A stretch of DNA of 64,000 nt from Fibrobacteria bacterium. GTDB lineage: Bacteria; Fibrobacterota; Fibrobacteria; UBA5070. The notes below the pieces were generated by a model that was not told the DNA's origin, searched no databases, and saw only the letters and a program-made list of their open reading frames with translations. The DNA lies in NCBI GenBank assembly GCA_020633825.1, contig JACKCV010000001.1, positions 74,610 through 138,609 of the forward strand, in the 5' to 3' direction. Positions within the stretch are counted from its first letter, which is position 1; the number at the start of each line of letters is the position of its first letter. Shown piece after piece: positions 1 through 9,557 of the stretch. A program made the position numbers and the translations under genes.

Positions 1-306
1 CTCCTCGTTGGCGAAGATGTGGTCGCACAGTCCCCGGACGAACCAGAACCGGGGAGCGTCGGGACGGATCTTGTAGGTGGAGCGGATGTACGACCCCAGG
101 TCGACCAGGCCTCCCACGAGAAGCCCCTCCTTGTCGACGAAATGGTTGTAGAAGGTGGAACGCCCCACGTTGGCCCGGTCGCAGATGTCCTGCACGCGGA
201 TCTGGTCCCATCCCCGCTCCTGGAGCAGCTCCATGAACGCCTTGCGCAGACTGTCCCGGGTGCGTTGGATCCGACGATCTTCGGGGGAGTCCTTTTCGGT
301 CGCCAT
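1..306 (-). CDS. TetR/AcrR family transcriptional regulator (C-terminal part lies beyond the left window edge)
   Basis: My own minus-strand translation from the ATG at 306-304 gives MATEKDSPEDRRIQRTRDSLRKAFMELLQERGWDQIRVQDICDRANVGRSTFYNHFVDKEGLL, a typical TetR N-terminal HTH. It is divergent from the ABC exporter genes. It is absent from the ORF track because it has no stop inside the window. Confidence 0.8.
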   Translation of the reverse strand, partial: MATEKDSPEDRRIQRTRDSLRKAFMELLQERGWDQIRVQDICDRANVGRSTFYNHFVDKEGLLVGGLVDLGSYIRSTYKIRPDAPRFWFVRGLCDHIFANEE

Positions 307-444
307 GGTCGCCTCGCGGTTGGTGTTGAACGAATCGGCGAATCTGTCCGGAAACGGACGAACGACAGGTTGTGTGGTTTGGACATCGGCCGGTATGCCG
401 TGATATTGAATGTACACGTGTCCAATAACGGACGGGAGTACAAA

Positions 445-1146
445 ATGATTTCCATGAGCAAGCTGGCACGCACGTATCGCGTCGGAGACGCCGACTTCCA
501 CGCCTTGAACGGGATCGATCTCGAGATCGCCCGAGGGAGCTTCGTCGCGGTGGTGGGGAAGTCGGGAAGCGGAAAGACGACCCTGGCCAATCTCGTCACG
601 GGGATCGACCGCCCCTCCGCGGGGCGGATCGTCGTCGAGGGAAGCGATCTGGGGGCGCTCGACGAAAGCGCCTTGGCTCGATGGAGGGGAGGCAAGGTGG
701 GGGTGGTCTTCCAGTCGTTCCAGCTGCTTCCGACCCTCACGGTGGCGGAAAACGTCATGCTGCCGATGGACTTCCTGGGCGTGGATGCCCGCCTGTCCCG
801 CGAGCGCACCATGGAAATCCTCGCGAAGGTGGGAATCGTCGACCAGGCCGCGAAGCTCCCCTTGGCGCTCTCCGGAGGACAGCAACAGCGCGTGGCCATC
901 GCCCGGGCGCTGGTGAACGACCCCGTCCTCCTGGTGGCCGACGAGCCGACCGGCAACCTGGATTCGCGCACGGCCGAGGACGTGCTCGACTTGTTCAGCG
1001 AATTCGCCGACGGAGGAAGGACGCTCCTCCTGGTGACCCATGAGAGGGATTTCAGTGCGCGGGCCGACCGGGTGATCACCCTCCGGGACGGCCGGATCGA
1101 CGGCGACGTGAGCGGTGGGCGCGGACGGAACGGGGGTGTCCGATGA
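445..1146 (+). CDS. ABC transporter ATP-binding protein (MacB/LolD-like)
   Basis: Lies within ORF 19..1146. The ATG at 445 (MISMSKLARTYRVG) was chosen because the upstream part is antisense to the TetR gene. Walker A GKSGSGKTT, signature LSGGQQQRVAIARAL, Walker B LLVADEPTGNLD. Confidence 0.9.
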   Translation: MISMSKLARTYRVGDADFHALNGIDLEIARGSFVAVVGKSGSGKTTLANLVTGIDRPSAGRIVVEGSDLGALDESALARWRGGKVGVVFQSFQLLPTLTVAENVMLPMDFLGVDARLSRERTMEILAKVGIVDQAAKLPLALSGGQQQRVAIARALVNDPVLLVADEPTGNLDSRTAEDVLDLFSEFADGGRTLLLVTHERDFSARADRVITLRDGRIDGDVSGGRGRNGGVR

Positions 1147-3527
1147 GCGCCTGGTCCTTGCCACCGCGATGGAGGAAGCTGGTGCGCGACGTGGTCCTGG
1201 AGAAGGAACGCACGCTCCTGATGTTCGCGGCCCTGGTGGTGAGCCTGTTCGCCATCGCCGCGATCTACGGCGGGCGGCAGATCCTGCAACGGGAGATCCG
1301 CACGAACTACCTGTCGACGCAGCCGGCGATGTGCACCCTCGAAATGGGGGAAGGCATCTCGGCGGACCTGCTGGACCGGGTTCGCGACCGGGCCGACGTG
1401 GAATCGGCCGAGGCCCACGACGTGATCCAGGCTCGCGTCCGCGTCGGGGAGGATTGGCTGCCCATGCTGGTGTTCGCCACCGACTCGATGGGAGGGCTGC
1501 GACTGAATCGCTACTTCCCCGAACGCGGAGCCTGGCCGGCCAGACCGGGAACCTTCCTGCTGGAACGAACGGCCGCGCCGGTGCTGGAAACGGAAGTGGA
1601 TGCATCCATCCTGGTGAAGCTTCCGGGAGGCCAGGAGCAGGAGGTGGTGGTATCCGGGCTGGTCCACGATCCGGGATTGTCGCCCGCCTACCAGGAGCGG
1701 TTCGGGTACGCGTACGCCACCCGGGCGACCCTGTCGCAGCTGGGTCTGGAGACGGGTCTGCACGAACTGAGGGTTTCCTTCCATCTCGATCGCCGGGATC
1801 GGGCCGAAATCGAACGGCATGCCCGAACCCTCGCCGACGACTTGGCCCGCTCGGGAGTGGAGGTGCACGAAATCCGCGTTCCGGCCTTCGAGAAGCATCC
1901 CCACCAACTCCAGATGGAGACCGTGCTGCTCATGCTGCTGCTGTTCGCCTGCCTCGCCCTGTTCCTCAGCGCGATCCTGGTGGCGACGACGCTTTCCGCC
2001 TGGTTGGCCCGCCAGACCCGGGAGCTGGCGGTGATGAAGGCGGTGGGCGCCGGAAAATGGCAGATCGCGGGGATCTACGCCACCTTCGTGGTCGTGCTCG
2101 GCGGTGCCGCCAGCCTCGTGGCCCTGCCGGCGGGGGCCCACGCCTCGGTGGCGTTCGCGGGCATGATCTCCTCCATGCTGAATTTCACCCTCGCCGATGT
2201 GCATCTCACCTGGTCCAACACGGCCATCGTGCTCGTCGCGGGTGTCCTGGTTCCCTTGGTGGTCTCGCTGTTCCCCGTGTGGATCGCCAGCCGATCGACC
2301 GTGCGGGAAGCCCTGACCGAATGGGGAGCCCGCGTGCCCGGGGTCGGTTCCTGGGGGGCGCGACTGCCGCGAACCCTGCGGCAACTGGTGCGTCGTCCCC
2401 GCCGATTGGCCCTCTCCCTGGCCTTGCTGGCCAGCAGCGGGGCCATCTTCCTCACCAGCCTGAACGTGCGCGACGGATGGTCGGCGAACCTCGACAAGAT
2501 CCACGCCGTCCGGCACTACGATGTCGAAGTCCGATTCCGCGAGCCCGTCGCCGATTCCGTCCTCGCCGCCCTGGAATCCGTCCCGGGGATCGATCTCGTG
2601 CAGACCTGGGGCTGGAGTTCCGCAAGCCTCTCGAAGAAGGGGGAGATCGACCTGGTCCATGTCTGGCCCGACAAGGGGCATGGGAGCCTGGCCCTGCTGG
2701 GATTGCCCGTTCCCGGCGACCTCGTGACGTTTCCCCTGATCGCCGGGAGATGGTTGCGTCCCTCCGACACCAACGGGCTGATGCTGAACCACATCGCCTG
2801 GATCCAGGCGGGCCGACCGGAAATCGGCTCGGAAGTGGCGGTGGGATCCGAAGGTCGGAACCTGGCGGGAACTCTTGTCGGGGTGGTGGAAGAGGTGGGA
2901 TCCCCGGGTGTGGTCTACCTGGAGCGCGGGGTCTACTCGCGGTTCATGGCCAACGAAGGAAGATCGAGGATGATCCGGGTGGTGACGGCGGCCAGGACTC
3001 CCCAGGAGCGATCCTCATTGCTCCGGGATTTGGAGCGGGCCATGTCGGACCGGGGTCTTCCCGTCCAGATGGCCATTCCCTTTTCGGAGCTTCGGACCGC
3101 CATCGGGGACCACATGAAGGTGCTCATCGCCTCGCTCTTCGCCTTGGCGGGATTGATCGCCTTCGTGGGCATGCTCGGACTGGCTTCGGTGACGGGTATG
3201 GGAGTGATGGAGCGGACCCGGGAGATCGGAATCCTCAAGACCCTCGGCGGCACTCCGGGAAGGATCCAACGCATGGTGGTTTCGGAAGCCCTTCTGGTGG
3301 GAGGGATGAGTTGGTTCCTGGGGTGTGTCCTGGCGGTTCCTCTCACCTTGGGCATGGACCGTTTGATCGGAAGCCTGGGCTTCCTGGCTCCGCTCCCTCT
3401 GGAGATTCCGCTTTACGGGCCGATCGTGTGGCTGGTCCTGGTGATCGGTGTGTCCGGTCTGGCGGGTTGGATCCCCGCCCGGCGAGCGGGGAACATCACC
3501 ATCGTCCAGGCGTTGGCGGAAGTCTGA
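1143..3527 (+). CDS. ABC transporter permease, FtsX/MacB-type (794 aa)
   Basis: ORF 1143..3527. The ATGA overlap with the ATPase stop implies translational coupling. It has an N-terminal TM helix, a large periplasmic region, and C-terminal FtsX-like helices (MERTREIGILKTLGGTPGRIQRMVVSEALLVG). Confidence 0.85.
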   Translation: MSAWSLPPRWRKLVRDVVLEKERTLLMFAALVVSLFAIAAIYGGRQILQREIRTNYLSTQPAMCTLEMGEGISADLLDRVRDRADVESAEAHDVIQARVRVGEDWLPMLVFATDSMGGLRLNRYFPERGAWPARPGTFLLERTAAPVLETEVDASILVKLPGGQEQEVVVSGLVHDPGLSPAYQERFGYAYATRATLSQLGLETGLHELRVSFHLDRRDRAEIERHARTLADDLARSGVEVHEIRVPAFEKHPHQLQMETVLLMLLLFACLALFLSAILVATTLSAWLARQTRELAVMKAVGAGKWQIAGIYATFVVVLGGAASLVALPAGAHASVAFAGMISSMLNFTLADVHLTWSNTAIVLVAGVLVPLVVSLFPVWIASRSTVREALTEWGARVPGVGSWGARLPRTLRQLVRRPRRLALSLALLASSGAIFLTSLNVRDGWSANLDKIHAVRHYDVEVRFREPVADSVLAALESVPGIDLVQTWGWSSASLSKKGEIDLVHVWPDKGHGSLALLGLPVPGDLVTFPLIAGRWLRPSDTNGLMLNHIAWIQAGRPEIGSEVAVGSEGRNLAGTLVGVVEEVGSPGVVYLERGVYSRFMANEGRSRMIRVVTAARTPQERSSLLRDLERAMSDRGLPVQMAIPFSELRTAIGDHMKVLIASLFALAGLIAFVGMLGLASVTGMGVMERTREIGILKTLGGTPGRIQRMVVSEALLVGGMSWFLGCVLAVPLTLGMDRLIGSLGFLAPLPLEIPLYGPIVWLVLVIGVSGLAGWIPARRAGNITIVQALAEV

Positions 3528-3745
3528 ATCCAGGCCATGCCTCCCCTTCTCTCGGGGAGGTTCCGGTCTCCCATCGAGCGCCCCGCAAAGGGGTTTTCGC
3601 ACGACACCGTATCGAAACCAGGATCGAACCCATTCTGGATTGACCCCAAGAACCAGGATTCATCGGGCCTAAGTGTATCGCTTGGCGATACGTTTTCTCG
3701 CCAAGTCCCCAGCGAAACGGATGGGGCGCGAGGTACCTTGGGCTT

Positions 3746-4582
3746 GTGGCCGACGCACCCGACATCTTCGCCTACATCGACTACCGACGCTGGTTGGCCG
3801 ACCTGTCGTCGCACCTCAAGGAATCGACGCGCTACTTCTCCCATCGTTGGTTCGCCCAAGCGGCCGGGATCGCCAATCCCTCCATCTACAGCCAGGTGGT
3901 GTCGGGAAAACGCCGACTGACTCCTCCCTTGGTGGAAGTGTTCGCCAAGGTTCTCGAGCTGTCGGCCAAGCAGAATTTGTTTCTGCACCACCTGGTGGAG
4001 TTCACCCATGCGCGCACGGCCCTGGAAAAGCAGGAGCACTACGCCGTCCTGCGGGAGCTGGGTGGGTCGGTCCACCAGACTCGCCTGGGACCGGACGCGT
4101 GGGACTTCTACCGACACTGGTGGATTCCGGCTCTGCGGGAATTGGTGGCCCAGAGGGGTTCCTTCCGGGATTGGAAATCGTTGGCAGGCCAATTGCGCCC
4201 TCCCATTTCCGCCCGTCAAGCCCGCCAAGGGGTCGAAACCTTGGTGCGTCTGGGCCTTTTGACCCAAGGGGAAGACGGGCGCTGGCGGCAGAGCACGCTG
4301 GCCCTGACGTCCGGAGACGAGGTGGGGGTTCTGGCCGTGCGCAAGCACAACGCGGAAATGATCCGGTTGGGCGAGGAATCGATCGAACGCTTCCCCCCGG
4401 CCTCGCGGCACGTCTCGGGGATCACGGCGGGTCTTTCCCCGGCGGCCTTCCAGGTTCTCGTCGCGGAGATCGAAGCCTTTCGGGAGAGAGTGGTTCGTCT
4501 GGTCACCCAGGACGATGCGCCGGGCGAGGTCTACCAGTTCAACCTCCAACTGTTTCCCTTGTCGTCCTCGGAGGAATCGTGA
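3746..4582 (+). CDS. TIGR02147/DUF4423-family protein (Fibrobacter-type paralogous family, function unknown, possibly regulatory)
   Basis: ORF 3746..4582 with a GTG start. The N-terminus DIFAYIDYRRWLADLSSHLKESTRYFSHRWFAQAAGIANPSIYSQVVSGKRRLT matches my memory of the TIGR02147 signature. Confidence 0.65.
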   Translation: MADAPDIFAYIDYRRWLADLSSHLKESTRYFSHRWFAQAAGIANPSIYSQVVSGKRRLTPPLVEVFAKVLELSAKQNLFLHHLVEFTHARTALEKQEHYAVLRELGGSVHQTRLGPDAWDFYRHWWIPALRELVAQRGSFRDWKSLAGQLRPPISARQARQGVETLVRLGLLTQGEDGRWRQSTLALTSGDEVGVLAVRKHNAEMIRLGEESIERFPPASRHVSGITAGLSPAAFQVLVAEIEAFRERVVRLVTQDDAPGEVYQFNLQLFPLSSSEES

Positions 4583-5883
4583 AATTCCGGTTTGTCGTCC
4601 TCGGGTCGGCGCTCCTGAGCGGATGCGGCTCCATCGCGACGCCCCAGAGGGTGGCCGGCGGCACGAGCTCCACGGGGAATTCCTTGGCCGTGCGGGTGGT
4701 GGACGCGAATGGATCTCCCGCCGTGGGGGATTCCGTCCTGGTTCGTCCGGATTCTCTCGTCCCCTCGATCGCGAGCACCCGAGCCGTGAAGACCGACGCC
4801 GAGGGCATGGCTCGTTTCACGGATCTCGCCGACGGATCGTGGGTGGTCGAAGCGCGCGGCGACTCCACGGGTCGGATACTGCGCTTGGGTTTGGCGGGTG
4901 AGGAGGCCCCCTTCCTCGACCTGAAAATGGGCACCTACGGGACCCTTTCGGGGACCGTGGTTCTCCCGGACGGCGACGTTCCCGGCACGGCCTTCCTGCG
5001 GGGAACCGGTCAGACCGCGAAAACCGGGGATTCCGGCACCTTCGAATTCCACCGCGTGAGCCCCGGAGAGCAGATCGCGGTCGCCCTGCCGAACCCGGAT
5101 GGATCCCTGGGAGTCGCGACCTGGGAGCCCGGGGAGGTGAAGCCCGGGGCGAAACTGGTGCTGCCGGCCCGGGTCCCGATCCTTCCCAGGAACGAGGCCT
5201 GGCGGTTGGTCTGGACAGATGAATTCGAAGGGTTCGACCGGGTGACCTGGGGATTCGATACCGGGGACGGATGCCCCGAACTGTGCGCCTGGGGGAATGG
5301 CTCGCTCCAATCCTTCGATTCCTCCCATGTCCTGTTGCGAGACGGGGCGTTGGTGCTGCGGGCCGAGCGGACTTCCGAAGGTTGGCGATCCGGCAGCGTG
5401 CAAAGCCGGGGGCGGCGGGAATTCCAGGAAGGGCGCTTCGAATTCCGCGCGCGCTTCCCGTCGGTTCCAGGGGCTTGGGCTCTGATCAGCCTCCAGGGCG
5501 ATTCCACCGCGGGTCCCGTGTGGCCTGACGGAGGAGCCATCGATGTCGCGGGCCTGTGGGGACATCGTCCCGAGGCCCTCATGGGAATCGCCCACCTTGG
5601 AGATTCCAGCGGAGAGAGCCTGCATCCGGGAACCGAGTTGGTCGATTCGGCCGGCTGGGCGGATCGGTGGGTCGAGTTCGCCGTCGAGTGGTCCCCGGCG
5701 GGAATCGTGTGGATCGCCGATGATCGCGTCTTCCACCGCATCGCGGGAGGAAGACCCTTCGACCATCCCTTCTACCTGTCGCTGCGCCTGGGCGTTGGAG
5801 GGGACGGCAACGTCGCCCCCGACAGTCTCCAGGAACCCTTCGAAATGCTGGTCGACCGGGTACGGATCTTCCGTCGCCCTTGA
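4579..5883 (+). CDS. Lipoprotein with two CarboxypepD_reg-like repeats and a GH16-like (laminarinase-fold) domain whose catalytic Glu residues are substituted
   Basis: GTG at 4579 lies inside ORF 3673..5883 and overlaps the previous stop (GTGA). Lipobox VLGSALLSGCGS. GH16 blocks are LVWTDEFEGFD, GRFEFRARFP and FDHPFYLSLRLGVGG. The active-site block reads WPDGGAIDVAG where GH16 has WPxxGEIDIME. Confidence 0.8.
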   Translation: MKFRFVVLGSALLSGCGSIATPQRVAGGTSSTGNSLAVRVVDANGSPAVGDSVLVRPDSLVPSIASTRAVKTDAEGMARFTDLADGSWVVEARGDSTGRILRLGLAGEEAPFLDLKMGTYGTLSGTVVLPDGDVPGTAFLRGTGQTAKTGDSGTFEFHRVSPGEQIAVALPNPDGSLGVATWEPGEVKPGAKLVLPARVPILPRNEAWRLVWTDEFEGFDRVTWGFDTGDGCPELCAWGNGSLQSFDSSHVLLRDGALVLRAERTSEGWRSGSVQSRGRREFQEGRFEFRARFPSVPGAWALISLQGDSTAGPVWPDGGAIDVAGLWGHRPEALMGIAHLGDSSGESLHPGTELVDSAGWADRWVEFAVEWSPAGIVWIADDRVFHRIAGGRPFDHPFYLSLRLGVGGDGNVAPDSLQEPFEMLVDRVRIFRRP

Positions 5884-5909
5884 ATTCCACTCCATCCCGG
5901 GACGTCTCG

Positions 5910-8900
5910 ATGCCCACACCCTTCCTGTCGAGGTTCGCACCTCTGTTGCTGGTCTCCTCCCTGGCCTGGAGCCAAATTCCCGTTCCCGCCGGATCGGGAA
6001 GCTACGCCTCCTTCCCACCGCCCCAGGCCGGGGCCGGGGTCGATTCCTTCGAACGACTTTCCCGGCTGGATGTCCGCCCCGGGGAACGGCGCGCGATTCC
6101 CACCAACGATTGGTGGACCGACGTGCTGGTCAGCGCGTTCGCGGGGGATCTCTGGGCGCATCCGCTGGTGGCCGATCCCGACGAGCGCGGGGTCCGGGTC
6201 TGGTTCCCCACCGAACCCGCCGACGACGGCAACGGCATGAAACGAGGCGATCCGATCCGGATCGCCGGCGCGGGATTCGCCCCCACGCGCGACCTGGCCT
6301 GGGACTGGGGGGATTGGCACGTCGTCGTCCGCCTGGAAGACGGCGACAAGCACCTGGACATGACGCTCCTGCGCGGATCCCCGGTGGTGTGGTTCGAGGT
6401 GTCGGGGTTCTCCCCCCGTCTGGAATTGCCCGCGGGCATGGTTCCCCGATCCTCGACGGGAACGGTCCTGGGCGGCGAAAAGGTGGCGACCGACCGGCTG
6501 GTCCTGGTGAAGGAATCCAAGGCCATCGGCGTGCAGCTTCCGGAAGGGGCGACGGTTTCCTTTTCGGCGGGGATCCTCTCCCTCGACCTCCCGCCGGAAG
6601 GGGGATGGCTCTCCCTGGCGTCCCTTCCGGCCGCGACCGACCTGGACGCCTGGCGGGAGTGGGCCGTGGTGGTGCCGCGAAGCAGCGTGGTCTCCTGGAG
6701 GAGGAAGGCTCCTGCGACGATGCGGGTGGAGTACGCCATCTCGGGGCAGGATTTGTCCGGAAAGGGAGGAACGAACCTGCTGCAGGCCTTTCCTCCCCAT
6801 GCGTGGCGGGACGCGTCCTCCGCCCCCGCTTGGCGCAAGGAGGCCTGGCGGAGCCCCAGGGGACTGCTGAAGGCCGCCCTGGGCAGGTCGTTCGTCTTCG
6901 AATACGCTTCCGCAGGCATCCTCCCCGATTACGGGAATGCGGAGCCCGACCCCGAAGGGGAGGCGAATCCCTGGAACCGCGAGGTCCAGGACGCGATGGT
7001 TTCGAACTACCTGGGCAAGGCCACCTACGGCGCCGACACCTACTGGGGCGGGAAGGACCTGGTCCTGCTGGCCAAGCACGCGCTGTTCGCCAGCCGCACC
7101 CGCCATCCCGACGCCCAGGCCCTGCTGCGCAAGGCCGAGGAGGCCCTGGCCGACTGGCTCACCTGGACTCCGGGCGAGAAGGCGCACTACTTCGCGTGGT
7201 ATCCCCGCTGGAAGGGATTGGTCGGATTCGAGGAGTCGTACGGGTCGTCCCAGTTCACCGACAACCATTTCCACTACGGATACCTGGTGCACGCCGCGGC
7301 CCTGGTGGGGATGCTCGATCCGCGCTTCGTGCAATCCTACGGCCCCATGCTGCGCAAGGTGGCGGCCCAGTACGCCAACTGGGATCGGCAGGATTCTTCC
7401 TTGCCGTTCCTGCGCACCTTCGAGCCCTGGACGGGACACTCCTACGCCGGAGGCACCAGCTCGCCCGGAGGGAACAACCAGGAATCGACCTCGGAGGCGA
7501 TGCAATCCTGGATCGGTCTCCATCTGCTGGGGTCCGTGCTGGGGGATACCGCCATGCGCGACGCGGGGCAGTTCGGATACATGATGGAAAGCCGAGCCAC
7601 CATGGAATACTGGTTCGACTGGAAGGGAGGGAACTTCGCTCCCGGGTGGGCGCATTCCAACGTCGGGATCGTGTTCGACGGGGGCTTGGTGTACGGGACC
7701 TGGTTCAGCGGGAATCCCCTCCACATCCATGCCATCCAGTACCTCCCGATGTGCCCGGGCTTCCAGTACCTCGCCCGCGACACGGCCTGGGCGCGAAGGG
7801 AATACGGGGACATGCAGCGCGAGGCGTCCGCGGCCGAAGGCTACACGGATGAAACCGACTACGGGGACGATTGGGCCAACGTGGCCTTCTCCTTCCGCCA
7901 GCTCTTCGAACCCGCGCAGGTGTGCAGGAGGTTCGACCAGGACCGCAAAGCCGGCGCCGGGTGGACGCGCGAGGCCAATGCGACGGCGACCTACGCCTAC
8001 GCGCACGCCAACCGGCAGCTCGGTCCCGTCGCCTGGGAGTACACCTACAGCCTCCCCTCGGCGATGGGATTCCGCAAGGACGGACGGGTGACCCACGTGG
8101 TCTGGAACCCGTCCTCGCAGGAAGCGGTCTGCGAGGTCCTTCGGGAAGGGGTCCCGGTGGGGACGATCCGGATTCCCGCCCGGACGGTGGTGCGCCATCG
8201 CATGGACGCGAAACTCGCCGCCCTGCGCATCGAGGCTCCCGGAAAGACGCTTTCCGACAAGGTTCCGACCCGCCTGGGCGTGGTGGGAGTCGACCAGTAC
8301 GGAGCGACCATCGACGTTCCGGTCGCGACGTGGTCCTCCTCCACGGGGTCCATCGACGCGACGGGTCTGTTCACCCCCTCGGGGGCGACGGATTCCGTCG
8401 TGATCAGGGTCCGCTCCGGGGAGATGGAAACCTCCCTCCGGATCCGGACGGGGGAGCTCCCGACCCTGGCGAAGTTGCGGATCCATCCCGCCTACGTCCA
8501 GATGTTGAAGGGCGCGGAGAGACCTCTTTCGATCCGGGGGATGGATCAATACGGTGACCCGGTCTCCGCCGGGGAGGTGACGTGGACCGTGCGCGGTCCG
8601 GTGGTCCTGTCGGGGAACAAGGTCGCCGGGACCGGGACCGGAACGGGATGGGTCGTGGCCTCCGCCGGAGCGGTTACCGATTCGATCCCGGTGGACGTGT
8701 ACGACCACCTGCTCGATCTATCCGCCGGAGCGAAGATCACCGCCTCCTCCACCCTGGGGACCAACGTCCCGGCCATGGCGATGGACGGCGACGCCCGGAC
8801 GAGGTGGGAAAGCGTCCACGGGATCGATTCCTCCTGGATCCGGTTCGAACTGGACACGGTGGTGCAATTGACCGATTTCGTGGTGTCGTGGGAAAACGCG

Positions 8901-9377
8901 GCCGCCGCCCGCTACCAGGTCCAGGTCTCCGACGATGGATCCACCTGGAGGACCTGGGCCGAGGTCACGGGAGGGGATGGAGGATTGGATTCCCTGTCCG
9001 GGACCGGTCATGGCCGATTCGTCCGCCTCTCGGCCAGCGCCCGGACCACGGCCTACGGCTACTCCATCTGGGAAACCCGGCTGTGGGGTTTTCCGCGCAC
9101 CGTCCACAGCGCCCGTCTCGACTCCGACACCCTTTGGGGGACGGATCCCCTTTCCGGAGCCGAATCCCGGGCACGGCACGCGCAGCGACGCGCCGTGCAC
9201 GTCGGTGGGCGGGTGTTCCAGGTGGAGATGGCTCCGGAGGAATCGGTTCAGGAGGCCTGGTTGGTCGACTTGCGGGGAAGGACGCTTTCCCCCGCGTCGT
9301 CGGGGCGAGGAATGGCCCTGCTTCGAATCCGCACGGAGCGAAGCGTGAAGTCCATTCCGGTGCTTCTGTCTCGGTAG
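5910..9377 (+). CDS. GH81 endo-beta-1,3-glucanase with Ig-like (Big_2-type) repeats, an F5/8 type C (CBM32-like) domain and a basic C-terminal tail
   Basis: ORF 5880..9377. ATG 5910 gives the signal peptide MPTPFLSRFAPLLLVSSLAWSQ; an alternative TTG at 5880 overlaps the upstream stop. GH81 blocks are TNDWWTDVL, FTDNHFHYGYLVHAAA and GNNQESTSEAMQSW. The discoidin-like block is AMDGDARTRWES...YQVQVSDDGSTW...YGYSIWETRLWG. Confidence 0.85.
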   Translation: MPTPFLSRFAPLLLVSSLAWSQIPVPAGSGSYASFPPPQAGAGVDSFERLSRLDVRPGERRAIPTNDWWTDVLVSAFAGDLWAHPLVADPDERGVRVWFPTEPADDGNGMKRGDPIRIAGAGFAPTRDLAWDWGDWHVVVRLEDGDKHLDMTLLRGSPVVWFEVSGFSPRLELPAGMVPRSSTGTVLGGEKVATDRLVLVKESKAIGVQLPEGATVSFSAGILSLDLPPEGGWLSLASLPAATDLDAWREWAVVVPRSSVVSWRRKAPATMRVEYAISGQDLSGKGGTNLLQAFPPHAWRDASSAPAWRKEAWRSPRGLLKAALGRSFVFEYASAGILPDYGNAEPDPEGEANPWNREVQDAMVSNYLGKATYGADTYWGGKDLVLLAKHALFASRTRHPDAQALLRKAEEALADWLTWTPGEKAHYFAWYPRWKGLVGFEESYGSSQFTDNHFHYGYLVHAAALVGMLDPRFVQSYGPMLRKVAAQYANWDRQDSSLPFLRTFEPWTGHSYAGGTSSPGGNNQESTSEAMQSWIGLHLLGSVLGDTAMRDAGQFGYMMESRATMEYWFDWKGGNFAPGWAHSNVGIVFDGGLVYGTWFSGNPLHIHAIQYLPMCPGFQYLARDTAWARREYGDMQREASAAEGYTDETDYGDDWANVAFSFRQLFEPAQVCRRFDQDRKAGAGWTREANATATYAYAHANRQLGPVAWEYTYSLPSAMGFRKDGRVTHVVWNPSSQEAVCEVLREGVPVGTIRIPARTVVRHRMDAKLAALRIEAPGKTLSDKVPTRLGVVGVDQYGATIDVPVATWSSSTGSIDATGLFTPSGATDSVVIRVRSGEMETSLRIRTGELPTLAKLRIHPAYVQMLKGAERPLSIRGMDQYGDPVSAGEVTWTVRGPVVLSGNKVAGTGTGTGWVVASAGAVTDSIPVDVYDHLLDLSAGAKITASSTLGTNVPAMAMDGDARTRWESVHGIDSSWIRFELDTVVQLTDFVVSWENAAAARYQVQVSDDGSTWRTWAEVTGGDGGLDSLSGTGHGRFVRLSASARTTAYGYSIWETRLWGFPRTVHSARLDSDTLWGTDPLSGAESRARHAQRRAVHVGGRVFQVEMAPEESVQEAWLVDLRGRTLSPASSGRGMALLRIRTERSVKSIPVLLSR

Positions 9378-9557
9378 CTTGGGTGGGTTTGGAGAGGGGT
9401 GGAGCTCGGTGATCCATGCCGGACCGAACCTTCCGCCTCTCCTGCGAGGTCCCCGGGGCTGCGGGGGATCTTTGGGTTTCCGGGGCCTTCTTCTCCCGTT
9501 GCGCTGGACGGGAGAAGTGCGGACTTGTAGACGTATCGGGACTCAAAGGAGATCGAC

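Noticed and set aside
3540-3560. Hairpin CCTCCCC-N7-GGGGAGG after the ABC permease, considered as a terminator.
   Set aside because: Only two T residues follow the stem, so this is a weak candidate that I did not annotate.
1115-3643. Long alternative-frame and antisense ORFs throughout the track. Examples are 1115..3643, 5543..7852, 5772..8708, 10574..12304, 16514..18541, 39643..41949, 43631..47506, 48408..50111 and 54213..56237.
   Set aside because: Their translations are Arg/Gly/Pro/Ala-rich low-complexity strings with no motifs. They shadow genes that have clear family signatures. This is the expected artefact of a high-G+C genome with few stop codons.
9490-9517. A perfect 9-bp hairpin CTTCTCCCG-N10-CGGGAGAAG between GH81 and gpx, considered as an intrinsic terminator.
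   Set aside because: It is not followed by a T-tract. It may still be a stabilising stem or a weak terminator, but the evidence is insufficient for a feature call.
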